Shown: positions 19,564-29,488, counted from the stretch's first letter. The stretch is 54,293 nucleotides of DNA from Candidatus Sericytochromatia bacterium (GCA_036676495.1 JAKFCT010000023.1:1-54293); one strand, 5' to 3'. The notes: a model not told the origin generated them from the letters alone. Program-made: numbers and translations.

Positions 19564-21420
19564 GTGATGCTCACCGATACCCTGCGCGACCGTCTCGATC
19601 AGCTCCCCACGACCCCCGGCGTCTACCTCATGAAGGATGCCCGCGGGACGATCATCTACGTCGGCAAGGCCGTGAACCTGCGCTCCCGGGTCCGCAGCTA
19701 CTTCCGGGAGGACAAGAATCACTCCGCCAAGGTCCGGGCTATGGTCCGGCAGATCGCCGATCTCGAGACCCTCTCCACGGATACCGAGGTCGAGGCCCTG
19801 GTGCTGGAGAATACCCTTATCAAGCGGCACCGGCCCTACTTCAACATCCTCTTGAAGGATGACAAGACCTACCCGTACTTGAAGCTGACCCTGAACGAGC
19901 CCTATCCGCGCCTGATCGTCACGCGCCGGCGCCAGGCGGACGGCGGCCGCTACTTCGGACCGTACCCGGACGGGGGAGCCATGCACGCGACCCTCAGGCT
20001 GATCAAGCAGCTCTTCCCCCTGCGCCAGCGCCCGAAGCCGCAGTTCCGCGATCGCCCTTGCCTCAACTACTCCATCGGCCGCTGCCTCGCTCCCTGTCAG
20101 GGCCTGGTCTCGCCGGACGACTACCGGGAAGTGGTGCGCAAGGTCGAGGCCTTCCTCTCCGGCCGTCACCGCGAGCTCGTGCGGGAGCTGGAAGCCAGCA
20201 TGCGCGAGGCGAGCGCGGCGCTCGACTTCGAGCGCGCCGCCGCCCTTCGCGATCAGATCCAGGCCATCGCCAAGCTCATGGAGCAGCAGAAGGTGGACGC
20301 CGATACCGATGCCGACCAGGACGTGATCGGCCTGGCCTCCGACGAGGCCACCGTCGCGGTCCAGGTCTTCCAGATCCGCGAAGGCCGCCTGACGGGCCGC
20401 CGGGAGCACGAGCTCGATCGCGAGGGCATCGAGCTCGCCGAGGTGCTGGGAGCCTTCATGGGCCAGTTCTACTCCGAATCCGAGACCGTCCCCGCCGAGA
20501 TCCTCCTGCGCGAGGAGCCCGTGGGGGCCGACCTCCTGGCCGAATGGCTCGGCACGCTGCGCGGATCCAAGGTCCGGATCAAGGTGCCGCAGCGGGGCGA
20601 CAAGGAGAAACTCCTGCGGATGGCCGAAACGAACGCCAAGCAAGCCCTCGAACGCGGCCGCCTCGCCCGCTGGGCCGCCATCGAGCGGGGCCCGCAGGCC
20701 GCCCTGGCCGAGCTGGGGGCGGCGCTGGACTGCCCTCCGCCCCGGCGCATCGAGGCGTTCGATATCTCGCACGCGCAGGGATCGGATACCGTGGCCTCGA
20801 TGGTGGTCTTCATCGACGGGAAACCGGCCAAGGACCAGTACCGGAAGTTCAAGATCCGGACGGTGGAAGGCATCGACGACTTCGCCTCGATGCGCGAGGT
20901 CGTGACCCGGCGCTACCGCAAGCTCAACGAGCCGGATGCCACCGGCTGGGACGCCCCGGATGCGATCCTGATCGACGGGGGCAAGGGCCAGCTGAACTCC
21001 GCGGTGGCGGCCCTTGACGCCCTGGGCCTGGACCTGCCGATCTTCGGGCTGGCCAAGCAGTTCGAGGAAATCTACCTGCCGGGCCGCAAGGACGGGATCC
21101 AGCTGGGCGATCGCTCCCCGGCCCGCCATTTGATCCAGCGCTTGCGTGACGAGGCGCACCGCTTCGCCATCACCTTCCATCGGAACCTGCGAGGGAAGCG
21201 CATGACCCGATCGGTCCTCGACGACGTGCCCGGACTTGGCGAGAAGCGCAAGACGCAGCTGCTCGCGCGCCTGGGATCCGTGGACGCCATGCGCGCCTTG
21301 AGCGCCGCAGAGCTCGCCTCGAAAGGCGGCATCCCGATGAAGGTGGCGCAGGCGGTCGTCGAGCATCTAGGCGGGCCCCGGGCCGATGAGACCGCCGACG
21401 CGAACGTCCGCCGGGATTGA
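19564..21420 (+). CDS. uvrC: Excinuclease ABC subunit C
   Basis: GIY-YIG PGVYLMKD..IYVGKAVNLRSRVRSYF, RIEAFDISH, LIDGGKGQL, RDEAHRFA, HhH tail. Confidence 0.97.
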   Translation: MMLTDTLRDRLDQLPTTPGVYLMKDARGTIIYVGKAVNLRSRVRSYFREDKNHSAKVRAMVRQIADLETLSTDTEVEALVLENTLIKRHRPYFNILLKDDKTYPYLKLTLNEPYPRLIVTRRRQADGGRYFGPYPDGGAMHATLRLIKQLFPLRQRPKPQFRDRPCLNYSIGRCLAPCQGLVSPDDYREVVRKVEAFLSGRHRELVRELEASMREASAALDFERAAALRDQIQAIAKLMEQQKVDADTDADQDVIGLASDEATVAVQVFQIREGRLTGRREHELDREGIELAEVLGAFMGQFYSESETVPAEILLREEPVGADLLAEWLGTLRGSKVRIKVPQRGDKEKLLRMAETNAKQALERGRLARWAAIERGPQAALAELGAALDCPPPRRIEAFDISHAQGSDTVASMVVFIDGKPAKDQYRKFKIRTVEGIDDFASMREVVTRRYRKLNEPDATGWDAPDAILIDGGKGQLNSAVAALDALGLDLPIFGLAKQFEEIYLPGRKDGIQLGDRSPARHLIQRLRDEAHRFAITFHRNLRGKRMTRSVLDDVPGLGEKRKTQLLARLGSVDAMRALSAAELASKGGIPMKVAQAVVEHLGGPRADETADANVRRD

Positions 21421-21477
21421 TTCTGGCGAAGTCGGGTAGAAAAAGAGTCGAACGCTTACTAAGGAGTCACGGTCGTT

Positions 21478-22605
21478 TTGCCGAAAATCAGCCTGATCCT
21501 CTCGATACTCTTGCTCTCCGTCTGGCTGGCCCCGGCGTACGCGGAGACCTCCATCCAGCAGCAGCGCAGCCGGCTCCAGCAGATCCAGCAGCGGCTGGAT
21601 GCGGTGCGGGCCAAGGCCCAGCAATTGAAGGTCAAGGAGCGCAAGGCCGTCTCCCAGCTCACGGTGCTGCAGCAGAAGCTGGAGCGCACGCAGGTGCAGC
21701 TGGAGGACTCGCAGTACCGCCTGAACCGGACGCAGAATCGCCTCAAGGCGACCAAGCAGGCCCTCGACCAGGCGAAGAACAAGTTCGAGCGGCAGCAGGT
21801 GACGGCGGGCTCGCGCTTGCGGGCCATCTACAAGCACCGCCAGACCAACCTCTGGGAGGCGCTCTTGACGGCCCCGGATCTGGTGGCGTTCCTGACGCGC
21901 TACCAGTTCTTCAAGCATGTCACCAAGCAGGACGCGCAGGTGCTCTTCGACCTGGATCGGCAGATGGCCGAGATCACGCACCAGAAGCGCAAGTACGACG
22001 AGCAGGTCCAGACGATCGCCTCGATCACCCAGACGATCTCGAACCAGAAGCGGGAGGTCCAGGAGGACACCCGGGAGCAGTCGACCCTGATTTCGCGGCT
22101 GCGCTCGGAGCGCGAGGAGTACGAGCAGGCCGCTGAGCAGCTTGAACGAGATTCCCGTCAGATCGAGACGATGATCCGGCGGATGCTGGCCAACCGCCGG
22201 AAAGCTCCGCGCCTGGGAACCGGGAAGTTCCAGCTGCCTGTGGAGGGGCGCCTCAGCTCCAACTACGGACCGCGCAAGCACCCGATTCACGGGGTGGTGA
22301 AGCAGCATCGCGGCGTGGACTTCGGGGCTCCGCAGGGGACGCCGATCCGGGCTGCCGACGGGGGCGTGGTATTATATGTCGGATGGTACGGGGGGTACGG
22401 GAAGATCGTCATGATCGACCACGGAGACGACCTCGTCACCCTCTACGCCCATACCTCGCGCTACGTCGTGGACACCGGACAGAAGATTGCCCGCGGTCAG
22501 GTCATCGCCTACGTCGGATCCACCGGCCTCTCGACGGGCCCTCACCTGCACTTCGAAGTTCGCCGCAACGGCACGCCGGTGAATCCGATAAGTTACCTCC
22601 GCTAG
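21478..22605 (+). CDS. Coiled-coil M23 peptidase (EnvC/murein hydrolase type)
   Basis: Signal peptide, long coiled coil, HRGVD, YAH, STGPHLHFEVR. Confidence 0.92.
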   Translation: MPKISLILSILLLSVWLAPAYAETSIQQQRSRLQQIQQRLDAVRAKAQQLKVKERKAVSQLTVLQQKLERTQVQLEDSQYRLNRTQNRLKATKQALDQAKNKFERQQVTAGSRLRAIYKHRQTNLWEALLTAPDLVAFLTRYQFFKHVTKQDAQVLFDLDRQMAEITHQKRKYDEQVQTIASITQTISNQKREVQEDTREQSTLISRLRSEREEYEQAAEQLERDSRQIETMIRRMLANRRKAPRLGTGKFQLPVEGRLSSNYGPRKHPIHGVVKQHRGVDFGAPQGTPIRAADGGVVLYVGWYGGYGKIVMIDHGDDLVTLYAHTSRYVVDTGQKIARGQVIAYVGSTGLSTGPHLHFEVRRNGTPVNPISYLR

Positions 22606-22714
22606 GGGGTATGGAATCCAGTGGCCCTAGAGCGATTCCCTTGCCCCAGCGCCGCCCCCCACGCGCGATCCCGGCGGGTTCTGGGAGAGGCTCTAACCCC
22701 GGAGAGGATGAGAA

Positions 22715-23917
22715 ATGAGAAATAAACTTGGGAACTACCTCGTGGTCCTGGCGCTCATGGCGGGCTCATTCGGGGTCGGCATGGGGGTGCACCCCCTGCA
22801 GGTGGCGGCGCAGACCCGCAACTTCTCCACCTTCATGCAGGTCTACGATCTGCTGAAGAGCGAGTATCTCGATGCCAAGGTCGAGGAGTCCAAGTTGGAG
22901 TACGGCGCCATCCGGGGCATGCTGGACTCGCTGGAAGATCCCTACACCCGCTTCATGGAGCCGAAGAGCTTCCGCTCGATGCAGGAGGAGCGCCACGGCG
23001 CCTTCGGCGGCATCGGCATCCAGATCGGCATGCGTGACAAGCACCTGGCGGTCATCTCCCCGATGGAGGACACTCCGGCCTACAAGGCGGGCCTGAGGGC
23101 CGGCGACCACATCCTGGAAGTGGACGGCAAGTCCACCAAGGACATGGCCATCGAGGAGGCGGTGACGCTGATCCGCGGCCCCAAGGGCAGCAAGGTCACC
23201 CTCACCATCGGCCGCGACGGGGTCAAGGAGCCCTTCAAGGTCGGGATCGTCCGCGACAACATCGTCACCAAGGCCGTCAAGACCAAGGACCTCCAGGGCA
23301 ACATCGGCTACATCCGCCTGACCTCCTTCATGAGCGAGACCGCGGACACCGAGATGCGCAAGGCGCTCGAGAAGTACAAGTCGTCCAAGGGCATCATCCT
23401 GGATCTGCGCTCCAACCCGGGCGGCCTGCTTCCCAACGCCGTGAACATCGGCTCGATGTTCATCAAGTCGGGCCCGATCGTCCAGATCGTCGATCGCGAG
23501 GGCAACCGCGAGAAGCTCAATGCCACCGGCAAGCCGATCGTCCCGGCCACCAAGCCCATGGTCGTGCTCGTCGACGGCGGCTCGGCCTCGGCCTCGGAGA
23601 TCCTGGCCGGTGCCCTGCAGGACACCAAGCGGGCCAAGCTGGTCGGCACCAAGACGTTCGGTAAGGGCCTGGTCCAGACCGTGCATGCCCTGGAGGGCGG
23701 CGCGGGCGTGGCCATCACCACCAACAAGTACCTGACCGCGGCCGGCAACGACATCAACAAGAAGGGCATCGTCCCCGACGTGATCGTCGAGTTCCCGCAG
23801 CCGGACAAGAACGAGAAGCCCGAGAACCTGCCGACGCTCGACGAGATGATCGACCAGGGCAAGGACACGCAGCTGGAGAAGGCCAAGGAGATCCTCGGCC
23901 AGATGATGCCCAAGTAG
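22715..23917 (+). CDS. ctpA: S41 carboxyl-terminal processing protease (PDZ)
   Basis: DPYTRFM, GGIGI PDZ, DLRSNPGGLL, SASASEILAGAL, KTFGKG. Confidence 0.93.
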   Translation: MRNKLGNYLVVLALMAGSFGVGMGVHPLQVAAQTRNFSTFMQVYDLLKSEYLDAKVEESKLEYGAIRGMLDSLEDPYTRFMEPKSFRSMQEERHGAFGGIGIQIGMRDKHLAVISPMEDTPAYKAGLRAGDHILEVDGKSTKDMAIEEAVTLIRGPKGSKVTLTIGRDGVKEPFKVGIVRDNIVTKAVKTKDLQGNIGYIRLTSFMSETADTEMRKALEKYKSSKGIILDLRSNPGGLLPNAVNIGSMFIKSGPIVQIVDREGNREKLNATGKPIVPATKPMVVLVDGGSASASEILAGALQDTKRAKLVGTKTFGKGLVQTVHALEGGAGVAITTNKYLTAAGNDINKKGIVPDVIVEFPQPDKNEKPENLPTLDEMIDQGKDTQLEKAKEILGQMMPK

Positions 23918-24007
23918 GGCGCATTCCCCATCACGACCACAGGGGCGGGAACCATCGGTTCCCGCCCCTGTGGCTTGCGTTCGTCCCGGGCGCCGAGCGC
24001 CAGGACG

Positions 24008-24919
24008 TCAGTCCTGCGATGCCGTGGCGCCGGGCGTGAGCAGGAGGATCCGGTCTCCATCGAGCAGGTAGACTCCGCCTCCCTCGGCGGGCGCGAGCTG
24101 GGAGGGGTGGATGAGGGCGATCGCCGAGCCGGCTCCCGATTCGGCCGCCTCGGATCCGCCGCCGACGACCGGGATGGCGGTGCCTGAGGCGCCGATCCAG
24201 ACGACCCGGTTCTTGCCGGCCTCGCTCACCAGCGCTCCGTCTCCCGCGGGGATCACGCCCTGCGGGTTCGCGAGGTCCCGGGCCAGGGTGACGATCGTGC
24301 CGTCGGGCTTGATCCGCTTCAACTCGCCGAGGCCCGCGTCGACCACCCAAAGGGAGCCGTCCGCTCCGCGGGCCAGCGCCGAGGGGCGCTCGAAGGCCTC
24401 CTCGGTGCCGGGGAGGGTGGAGATGCGGCCCTCCGGGTCGATGCGCCGGATGCGGCTGTTGCCGGTGTCGGCGACGTAGGCGGTGCCGTCCGCAGCGAGC
24501 GCCACGTCCGAGGGGGAGTTGAGCTGGGCGCTGGTGGCGAGCCCCCCGTCACCGATGGGCAGGAGGGCGGTGCCGGTGCCGGCGAAGGGCGTGGGTTTGC
24601 CGGCAGGCAGGGCAATGCGCCAGATGCGGTTGGCCGGGGGATCGGCCGCGAGGACGGTCGCGTCGCTCCAGGCGAGGCCGGCGGGCTCCTTGAGGGGGGC
24701 GCCTGCGGCCAGCGTGGCGAGAGGCTCGTCGGGCCCCATATGGAGGATGCCCCGGGGCGTGGAGACCAGGAGGCCGTCGGGTCCCGAGGCGAGGCCGGTG
24801 GGATCGGGAAGGTCGGCCGTGACGGTGGTGACCGTGTAGGCGGGGGCTTGCTCGGCGGGAGGAGCTTGGCAAGCGGTGAGCGTCAGGGCCAGTGCGAGGG
24901 TGAGGTGGCGGCGGGTCAT
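24008..24919 (-). CDS. NHL-repeat beta-propeller lipoprotein
   Basis: Lipobox LTAC; GDGGLATSAQLNSPSDVA..DGTAYVADTGNSRIRRID. Confidence 0.85.
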   Translation of the reverse strand: MTRRHLTLALALTLTACQAPPAEQAPAYTVTTVTADLPDPTGLASGPDGLLVSTPRGILHMGPDEPLATLAAGAPLKEPAGLAWSDATVLAADPPANRIWRIALPAGKPTPFAGTGTALLPIGDGGLATSAQLNSPSDVALAADGTAYVADTGNSRIRRIDPEGRISTLPGTEEAFERPSALARGADGSLWVVDAGLGELKRIKPDGTIVTLARDLANPQGVIPAGDGALVSEAGKNRVVWIGASGTAIPVVGGGSEAAESGAGSAIALIHPSQLAPAEGGGVYLLDGDRILLLTPGATASQD

Positions 24920-25113
24920 GGGATCCTCCTTTTCCTTATCTTACCCCACGCTCGCTTAAGCTTGGCCATGCTAGCCGTCGACGAGCGGAAGAGGCGGACG
25001 TAGGCTGGGGAGGGATTCTGCCGGACGAAGGTTCGGACGCGCGGCCGGTGGGGGCGCGCGGCCAGGAGGGCCAGCGGGGTCAGGACCGGGCCAAGACGGG
25101 GAGAGGGGGAGGC

Positions 25114-25590
25114 ATGGCGCGGGCGAGGCAGCTAGGGGCCCTGGGGATGAGTCTGGGGGCGATCGCCGTGATGGCGGCCTGCGGTCCCGGCGCTCCCGTT
25201 CCCCTGGCTTCTCCGAGTCCCGGGATCGGGGCTCCGTCGCCGCCGGTTTTCTTGCCGCTGCCCGGGGTCGCCTCGGCTCCTCCCGGGACCCTCGGGGAGC
25301 CCGAGATCGTGATCCGCTCGCGCGCGCTCACGCGCGAGCTCGACGGCTGGTGGCGCCTGGAGGGACGGGTCTTCAACGCCGGGGAGCGGCCCGCGCGTGA
25401 GGTGGGCGTGACGGCGCGTCTCTACGACTCCTCGGGCGTGCTCCTCGAGACGCGCGAGGGCATCCTCACCCCAGATCGCCTCGAACCGGCCCAAGAGGGC
25501 CGCTATCTCGTGACCTGGCCTCCCGAGGGGGACGTCCGCACCGTGACCCTCGAACCTCACTGGGTCTTTATTCCTGACGCGCCGCGCTAG
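25114..25590 (+). CDS. FxLYD-domain lipoprotein
   Basis: Lipobox MAAC, Pro-rich linker, GRVFNAG...VTARLYDSSGVLL. Confidence 0.7.
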   Translation: MARARQLGALGMSLGAIAVMAACGPGAPVPLASPSPGIGAPSPPVFLPLPGVASAPPGTLGEPEIVIRSRALTRELDGWWRLEGRVFNAGERPAREVGVTARLYDSSGVLLETREGILTPDRLEPAQEGRYLVTWPPEGDVRTVTLEPHWVFIPDAPR

Positions 25591-25621
25591 CTGCGGGCGC
25601 TTGGCCAGCGCCCGCAGCTAG
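25587..25621. terminator. 15-bp inverted repeat after the FxLYD gene
   Basis: CTAGCTGCGGGCGCT-tggcc-AGCGCCCGCAGCTAG. Confidence 0.6.
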
Positions 25622-25671
25622 TTATGAACCACGGGGGATCCCGCTTGCTGCGGTCGGCAAGGGCGGCGGGA

Positions 25672-25683
25672 TTATGTTAGAAT
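25672..25683 (+). promoter_or_regulatory. Extended -10 promoter of the actin-like gene
   Basis: TTATGTTAGAAT (TGn-TAGAAT). Confidence 0.5.
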
Positions 25684-25748
25684 CCTCGAAGCGATTCAGT
25701 TTCAGCAGCCTGTCAAGCTTAGCTTCCGGTGAAGGAGACCCTCCCCGC

Positions 25749-26915
25749 ATGACCAATCGAAAGACCCCCCCGGACCTCGTCACTCTCGGCATCGATCTGG
25801 GCCGCTCGGAGGCGCGCCTTTACGATGGGGAAACCCTGATCACCCTGCCGGCCATCCTCGGCGGCCCCGTCGCGACCATTCGTCGTGGCTCGGCCAAGGT
25901 GATCGATGAGACGCTCGATACGCATCTCACGGTCAAGCTCGGTGCGAAGACCTACTCCGTGGGCCGTTACGCCCTGGAGCAGCCTTACCACCTCCCCCTC
26001 AACGATCTCGACCTCTGGGCTGACGACCTGAACCTGGTCATGCTGCTCTCCTTGCTCGGCCTTTACAGCCGCCAGAAGGGCCTCGAGGGCACCCCGAAGT
26101 TCAAGCTCTGCATCGGCCTCCCCGTGGCCCTCTCGCGCCGGGTCGACTACGTCGAGACCCATCTGCATGCCTGGGAGCGCCTGCATACCTACGAGCTCTC
26201 CGGCAAGCTCATGGCGCTGGACATCGTTCAGATCGACGTCATCCCCCAGCCGGTCGGTGCCGTCTACGCGGGCCTGTTGGCGGGCCAGCTCGACTATGCC
26301 CCCGATGAGAACATCGGCGTGATCGACCCCGGCCACCTCACCACCGATTGGGTGGTGGTGCGCCTCCCCAACGAGCTCGCCAACTACTCGGGCCAGAGCA
26401 CGGCCACGGCGGGCCTTCGCCTGACCGATGCCGTCTCCAACTACCTCTCGGATCAGGGCATCCTGCGCCTGGATCCGGTCGCCCTCATGGAAGCGGCCGC
26501 CTCGGGGCAGTACGTCCACAACGGCACGACCTACACCATTCCCCCCGAGATCCTCGACGAGCTGGTCGAGATGATGGCCCTGCAGATCGCCCTCACCGTC
26601 AAGCAGTCTTGGCGCGACCTCTCCATCGACCGGATGCTGCTGGTCGGGGGCTTCGGCCGCCTGCTCTACCCCCATCTCACGCAGCACCCTTACTTCCGCG
26701 ACCTGCAGATCGCTCAGGACTACCGTTACTTCAACGTGAAGGGCGCCTACGAGTACGCCATCGCCGCCCCCTTGCGGGACGGCCTGGACGCCGGCGCCGC
26801 GGCTCCGGTGAGCGCCCCGGCACGGGAGGCCAAGGTTCCTGCGGCCAAGCAGGCGCCTGTTGCCGAGACCCCGCTCGCCGGCGACTCCGAGGCCCCCGTC
26901 GAGGTCGAGGCCTAA
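25749..26915 (+). CDS. ParM/StbA-family actin-like ATPase
   Basis: Actin-fold motifs LGIDLG, VIPQPVGA, VIDPGHLTTDWVV, LLVGGFG, FNVKGAY; AAGGAG SD before ATG 25749. Confidence 0.8.
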   Translation: MTNRKTPPDLVTLGIDLGRSEARLYDGETLITLPAILGGPVATIRRGSAKVIDETLDTHLTVKLGAKTYSVGRYALEQPYHLPLNDLDLWADDLNLVMLLSLLGLYSRQKGLEGTPKFKLCIGLPVALSRRVDYVETHLHAWERLHTYELSGKLMALDIVQIDVIPQPVGAVYAGLLAGQLDYAPDENIGVIDPGHLTTDWVVVRLPNELANYSGQSTATAGLRLTDAVSNYLSDQGILRLDPVALMEAAASGQYVHNGTTYTIPPEILDELVEMMALQIALTVKQSWRDLSIDRMLLVGGFGRLLYPHLTQHPYFRDLQIAQDYRYFNVKGAYEYAIAAPLRDGLDAGAAAPVSAPAREAKVPAAKQAPVAETPLAGDSEAPVEVEA

Positions 26916-26918
26916 GCC

Positions 26919-27665
26919 GTGCTGGACTCCCTGCAGGCAAGCATCTTGCGGCTCATGGGCCGCGAGGTGGATCCGCTCGGCACGATCACGCCCGAGCAAC
27001 TGAAGGCGGTGCTCAAATCCATCGAGGGGAAGTACAACTCCCTCCGGGATGAGAACAAGCGCCTCAAGGGCGTGATCGACGAGCATCTCGAGAGTATCGA
27101 GCGCCTCAAGCTCGATCTCAAGGAGGCGCGGGAGTTCATGAAGCCTCGGGCGGCGGAAGCCCTCCAGCATCAGCGAGACGAGCTCAATTCCCAGCTCGAG
27201 GAGCTCCAGCGCACGCGTGCGCTGGAGCGCTCCGAGTGGGAGGCCAAGCTCACCGAGCTGGAAAACAAGCTCATCGACGTGCAGCGCAAGCGCATGGACG
27301 ATCAGGAGCAGCGCGAAGACCTCGAACAGCGCCATCAGGTGGAACTGCTGAGGCTGCGCGAGGAATTATCCGGGCTCGAGGCTCAAGTTTCGCGCCAGGT
27401 CTCCGATACCGAGATCAGGGACCGGCTCGACAGCGAGAAGCAAACTTTGCGCGCGCGGGTCGAGGAACTGACCGCCGAGCGCGATCAGCTCGAAGCCACG
27501 CTTCGAGGTTTGACGCCTCCGGAGGCTCAGCCCCGGGAGGTCGCGCTTCGCGCGGAACTCTCCGGTCCCAAGGTACCGCCCCAGGCGCCGCCCATTTCTT
27601 CCCCTCCGAGCGAGAGCCCGGACCGCCGCGAGCTGCTGGCTCGCCTCATTGGCGGAGAGCGTTGA
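26919..27665 (+). CDS. Long coiled-coil hypothetical protein, 3 nt downstream of the actin-like gene
   Basis: Heptad E/L/R/Q-rich central region; Pro-rich linker; amphipathic C-terminus RRELLARLIGG. Confidence 0.8.
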   Translation: MLDSLQASILRLMGREVDPLGTITPEQLKAVLKSIEGKYNSLRDENKRLKGVIDEHLESIERLKLDLKEAREFMKPRAAEALQHQRDELNSQLEELQRTRALERSEWEAKLTELENKLIDVQRKRMDDQEQREDLEQRHQVELLRLREELSGLEAQVSRQVSDTEIRDRLDSEKQTLRARVEELTAERDQLEATLRGLTPPEAQPREVALRAELSGPKVPPQAPPISSPPSESPDRRELLARLIGGER

Positions 27666-27766
27666 ACGTAACCCTGCCCTAGCGCCGCACGCGGCGCAAC
27701 GGCTTTAATACGACGGGTTAGGTTCGAGGCTCTAAGGAAGTAGGCGGGCCCGACCGAGGACCCACC

Positions 27767-28558
27767 ATGATTCGCGGGATCTACACGGCCGCTGCCGGGA
27801 TGGCTGCTCAGCTGGCCAAGCAAGACGTCATCTCGAACAACCTTGCCAACGTCAACTCGACCGGCTACAAGCAGGACGTGGCGGTTTTCCGCACCCGTCT
27901 CGACCAGACCATCTACCGCCTGGAGCAGACTCCCCGGCGTCCCGATCCCGAGGTGCGCCGGATGGGGGAGCTCTCGACCGGCGTCTACCTCGATGAAATC
28001 GCGACGCGCTTCGAGGCCGGTTCCATCCGCCAGACCGAGAACCCCTACGACTTCGCCCTGGAGGGGGAGGGGTTCTTCGTGCTGGAAGAGGAGAACGGGA
28101 CGCAGCTGCTGACCCGGGACGGCTCCTTCGCGCGCAGCGCCGAGGGCTTCCTGGTCGACAAGTCCGGCCGGCGCGTGCTCGGAGAGGGCGGAGCCCCGCT
28201 TCAGCTCGGCGACGGTCGTCTCCAGGTGGGACGCGACGGCAGCATCTCGATCGATCGGCTCGTCGGGGATACGTTTCAGCAGGCGCCAGCTGGCCGCTTG
28301 ATGGTCGTGACCGTGGCCGATCCGCGCACCGAGCTGGAGAAGCGGGGGGACAACGCCTTCACCCTGAAGGATGGCGCCCAGACCGTGCCGGTTCAGGGGA
28401 CCTTCGTGGTGCAGGAAGCCCTGGAGGCCTCCACCGTCAATCCGGTGCGGGAGATGGTCGAGATGATCGCCGTTCACCGCGCCTACGAGGCCTCGCAGCG
28501 GACCTTGACGGCCCAGGACGAGACGCTGGGCAAGGCCGTCAACGAGATTGCTCGCTAA
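27767..28558 (+). CDS. flgF: Flagellar basal-body rod protein FlgF (FlhO-like)
   Basis: MIRGIYTAAAGM, SNNLANVNSTGYK, TRDGSF, LEASTVNPVREMVEMI. Confidence 0.85.
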   Translation: MIRGIYTAAAGMAAQLAKQDVISNNLANVNSTGYKQDVAVFRTRLDQTIYRLEQTPRRPDPEVRRMGELSTGVYLDEIATRFEAGSIRQTENPYDFALEGEGFFVLEEENGTQLLTRDGSFARSAEGFLVDKSGRRVLGEGGAPLQLGDGRLQVGRDGSISIDRLVGDTFQQAPAGRLMVVTVADPRTELEKRGDNAFTLKDGAQTVPVQGTFVVQEALEASTVNPVREMVEMIAVHRAYEASQRTLTAQDETLGKAVNEIAR

Positions 28559-28565
28559 GAGCCCC

Positions 28566-28592
28566 TAAACTTTCCGGAGATCCCTCCGATAA
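28566..28592 (+). promoter_or_regulatory. sigma-28 (FliA/SigD) promoter upstream of flgG
   Basis: TAAA-N15-TCCGATAA. Confidence 0.75.
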
Positions 28593-28640
28593 CCTTACTT
28601 GGCCCATTGAAGGGGAGAGTTCGAAGCCAGCCGGACAGGG

Positions 28641-28684
28641 GCGACCTGAGGCTGGAGCCCGCTGACCGACTGATGCGGGCGGAC
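28641..28684 (+). promoter_or_regulatory. Short variant of the leader motif, abutting the flgG SD
   Basis: GCGACCUGAGGC-UGGA-GCCCGCUGAC-CGACUGAU-GCGGGCGGAC, compared with 34537-34590 and 43384-43606. Confidence 0.45.
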
Positions 28685-28697
28685 GAAAGGAACAGCC

Positions 28698-29480
28698 ATG
28701 CTCGGATCCCTGTGGTCTGCGGCCTCGGGTATGAAGGCGCAGCAGCTCAACATCGACGTGACGTCGCATAACCTCGCCAACGTCAACACCGCGGGCTTCA
28801 AGAAGGGGCGCGCGGAGTTCCAGGACCTCATGTACCGCACGGCGCGGGCCGCGGGCGCACCCGTCAACACGGGCTCGGTGACCCCGGTCGGCATGCAGGT
28901 CGGCAACGGCGTCCGTTCGGTGGCCATCGGCCGGATCTTCTCGCAGGGTGATTTCCAGCAGACCGAGAACGCCTATGATCTCACGGTCGAGGGCGACGGC
29001 TTCTTCCAGGTCCAGCTTCCCGACGGGACCACGGCCTACACGCGGGACGGCACCTTCAAGGTGGACTCGCAGGGTCAGATGGTCACCAGCGAAGGCTACC
29101 TTCTCCAGCCCAACCTCACGGTTCCCGCCAATGCCCGTGACGTCACGGTGAGCGGCGAGGGCACGGTGACCGCCACGATCGACGGCAATGCCGTTCAGCT
29201 CGGCGAGTTGCAGATCGCGCGCTTCGTGAACGCCGCGGGACTGACTGCGATGGGCCAGAACCTCTTCCGTCCCACGGCGGCCTCCGGGGATCCCATCGTG
29301 AGCGCGCCGGGGATCGACGGGATGGGGCGCATCCTTCAGGGTTACGTCGAGAGCTCCAACGTCCGGGTGATCGAGGAGATGGTCAACCTGATCGTGGCCC
29401 AGCGGGCTTACGAGGCCAACTCCAAGTCGATCCAGACTGCCGACGACATGCTCCAGGGCGCCAACTCGCTGAAGCGGTAG
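28698..29480 (+). CDS. flgG: Flagellar basal-body distal rod protein FlgG
   Basis: SHNLANVNTAGFKKGRAEFQDLMY, QVGNGV, YTRDGTF, ESSNV..IEEMVNLIVAQRAYEANSK. Confidence 0.95.
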   Translation: MLGSLWSAASGMKAQQLNIDVTSHNLANVNTAGFKKGRAEFQDLMYRTARAAGAPVNTGSVTPVGMQVGNGVRSVAIGRIFSQGDFQQTENAYDLTVEGDGFFQVQLPDGTTAYTRDGTFKVDSQGQMVTSEGYLLQPNLTVPANARDVTVSGEGTVTATIDGNAVQLGELQIARFVNAAGLTAMGQNLFRPTAASGDPIVSAPGIDGMGRILQGYVESSNVRVIEEMVNLIVAQRAYEANSKSIQTADDMLQGANSLKR

Positions 29481-29488
29481 GCTAGGCC

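Noticed and set aside
25749-27665. Integrated plasmid partition locus
   Set aside because: No rep, integrase or conjugation genes, no visible iteron array, and composition matches the flanks
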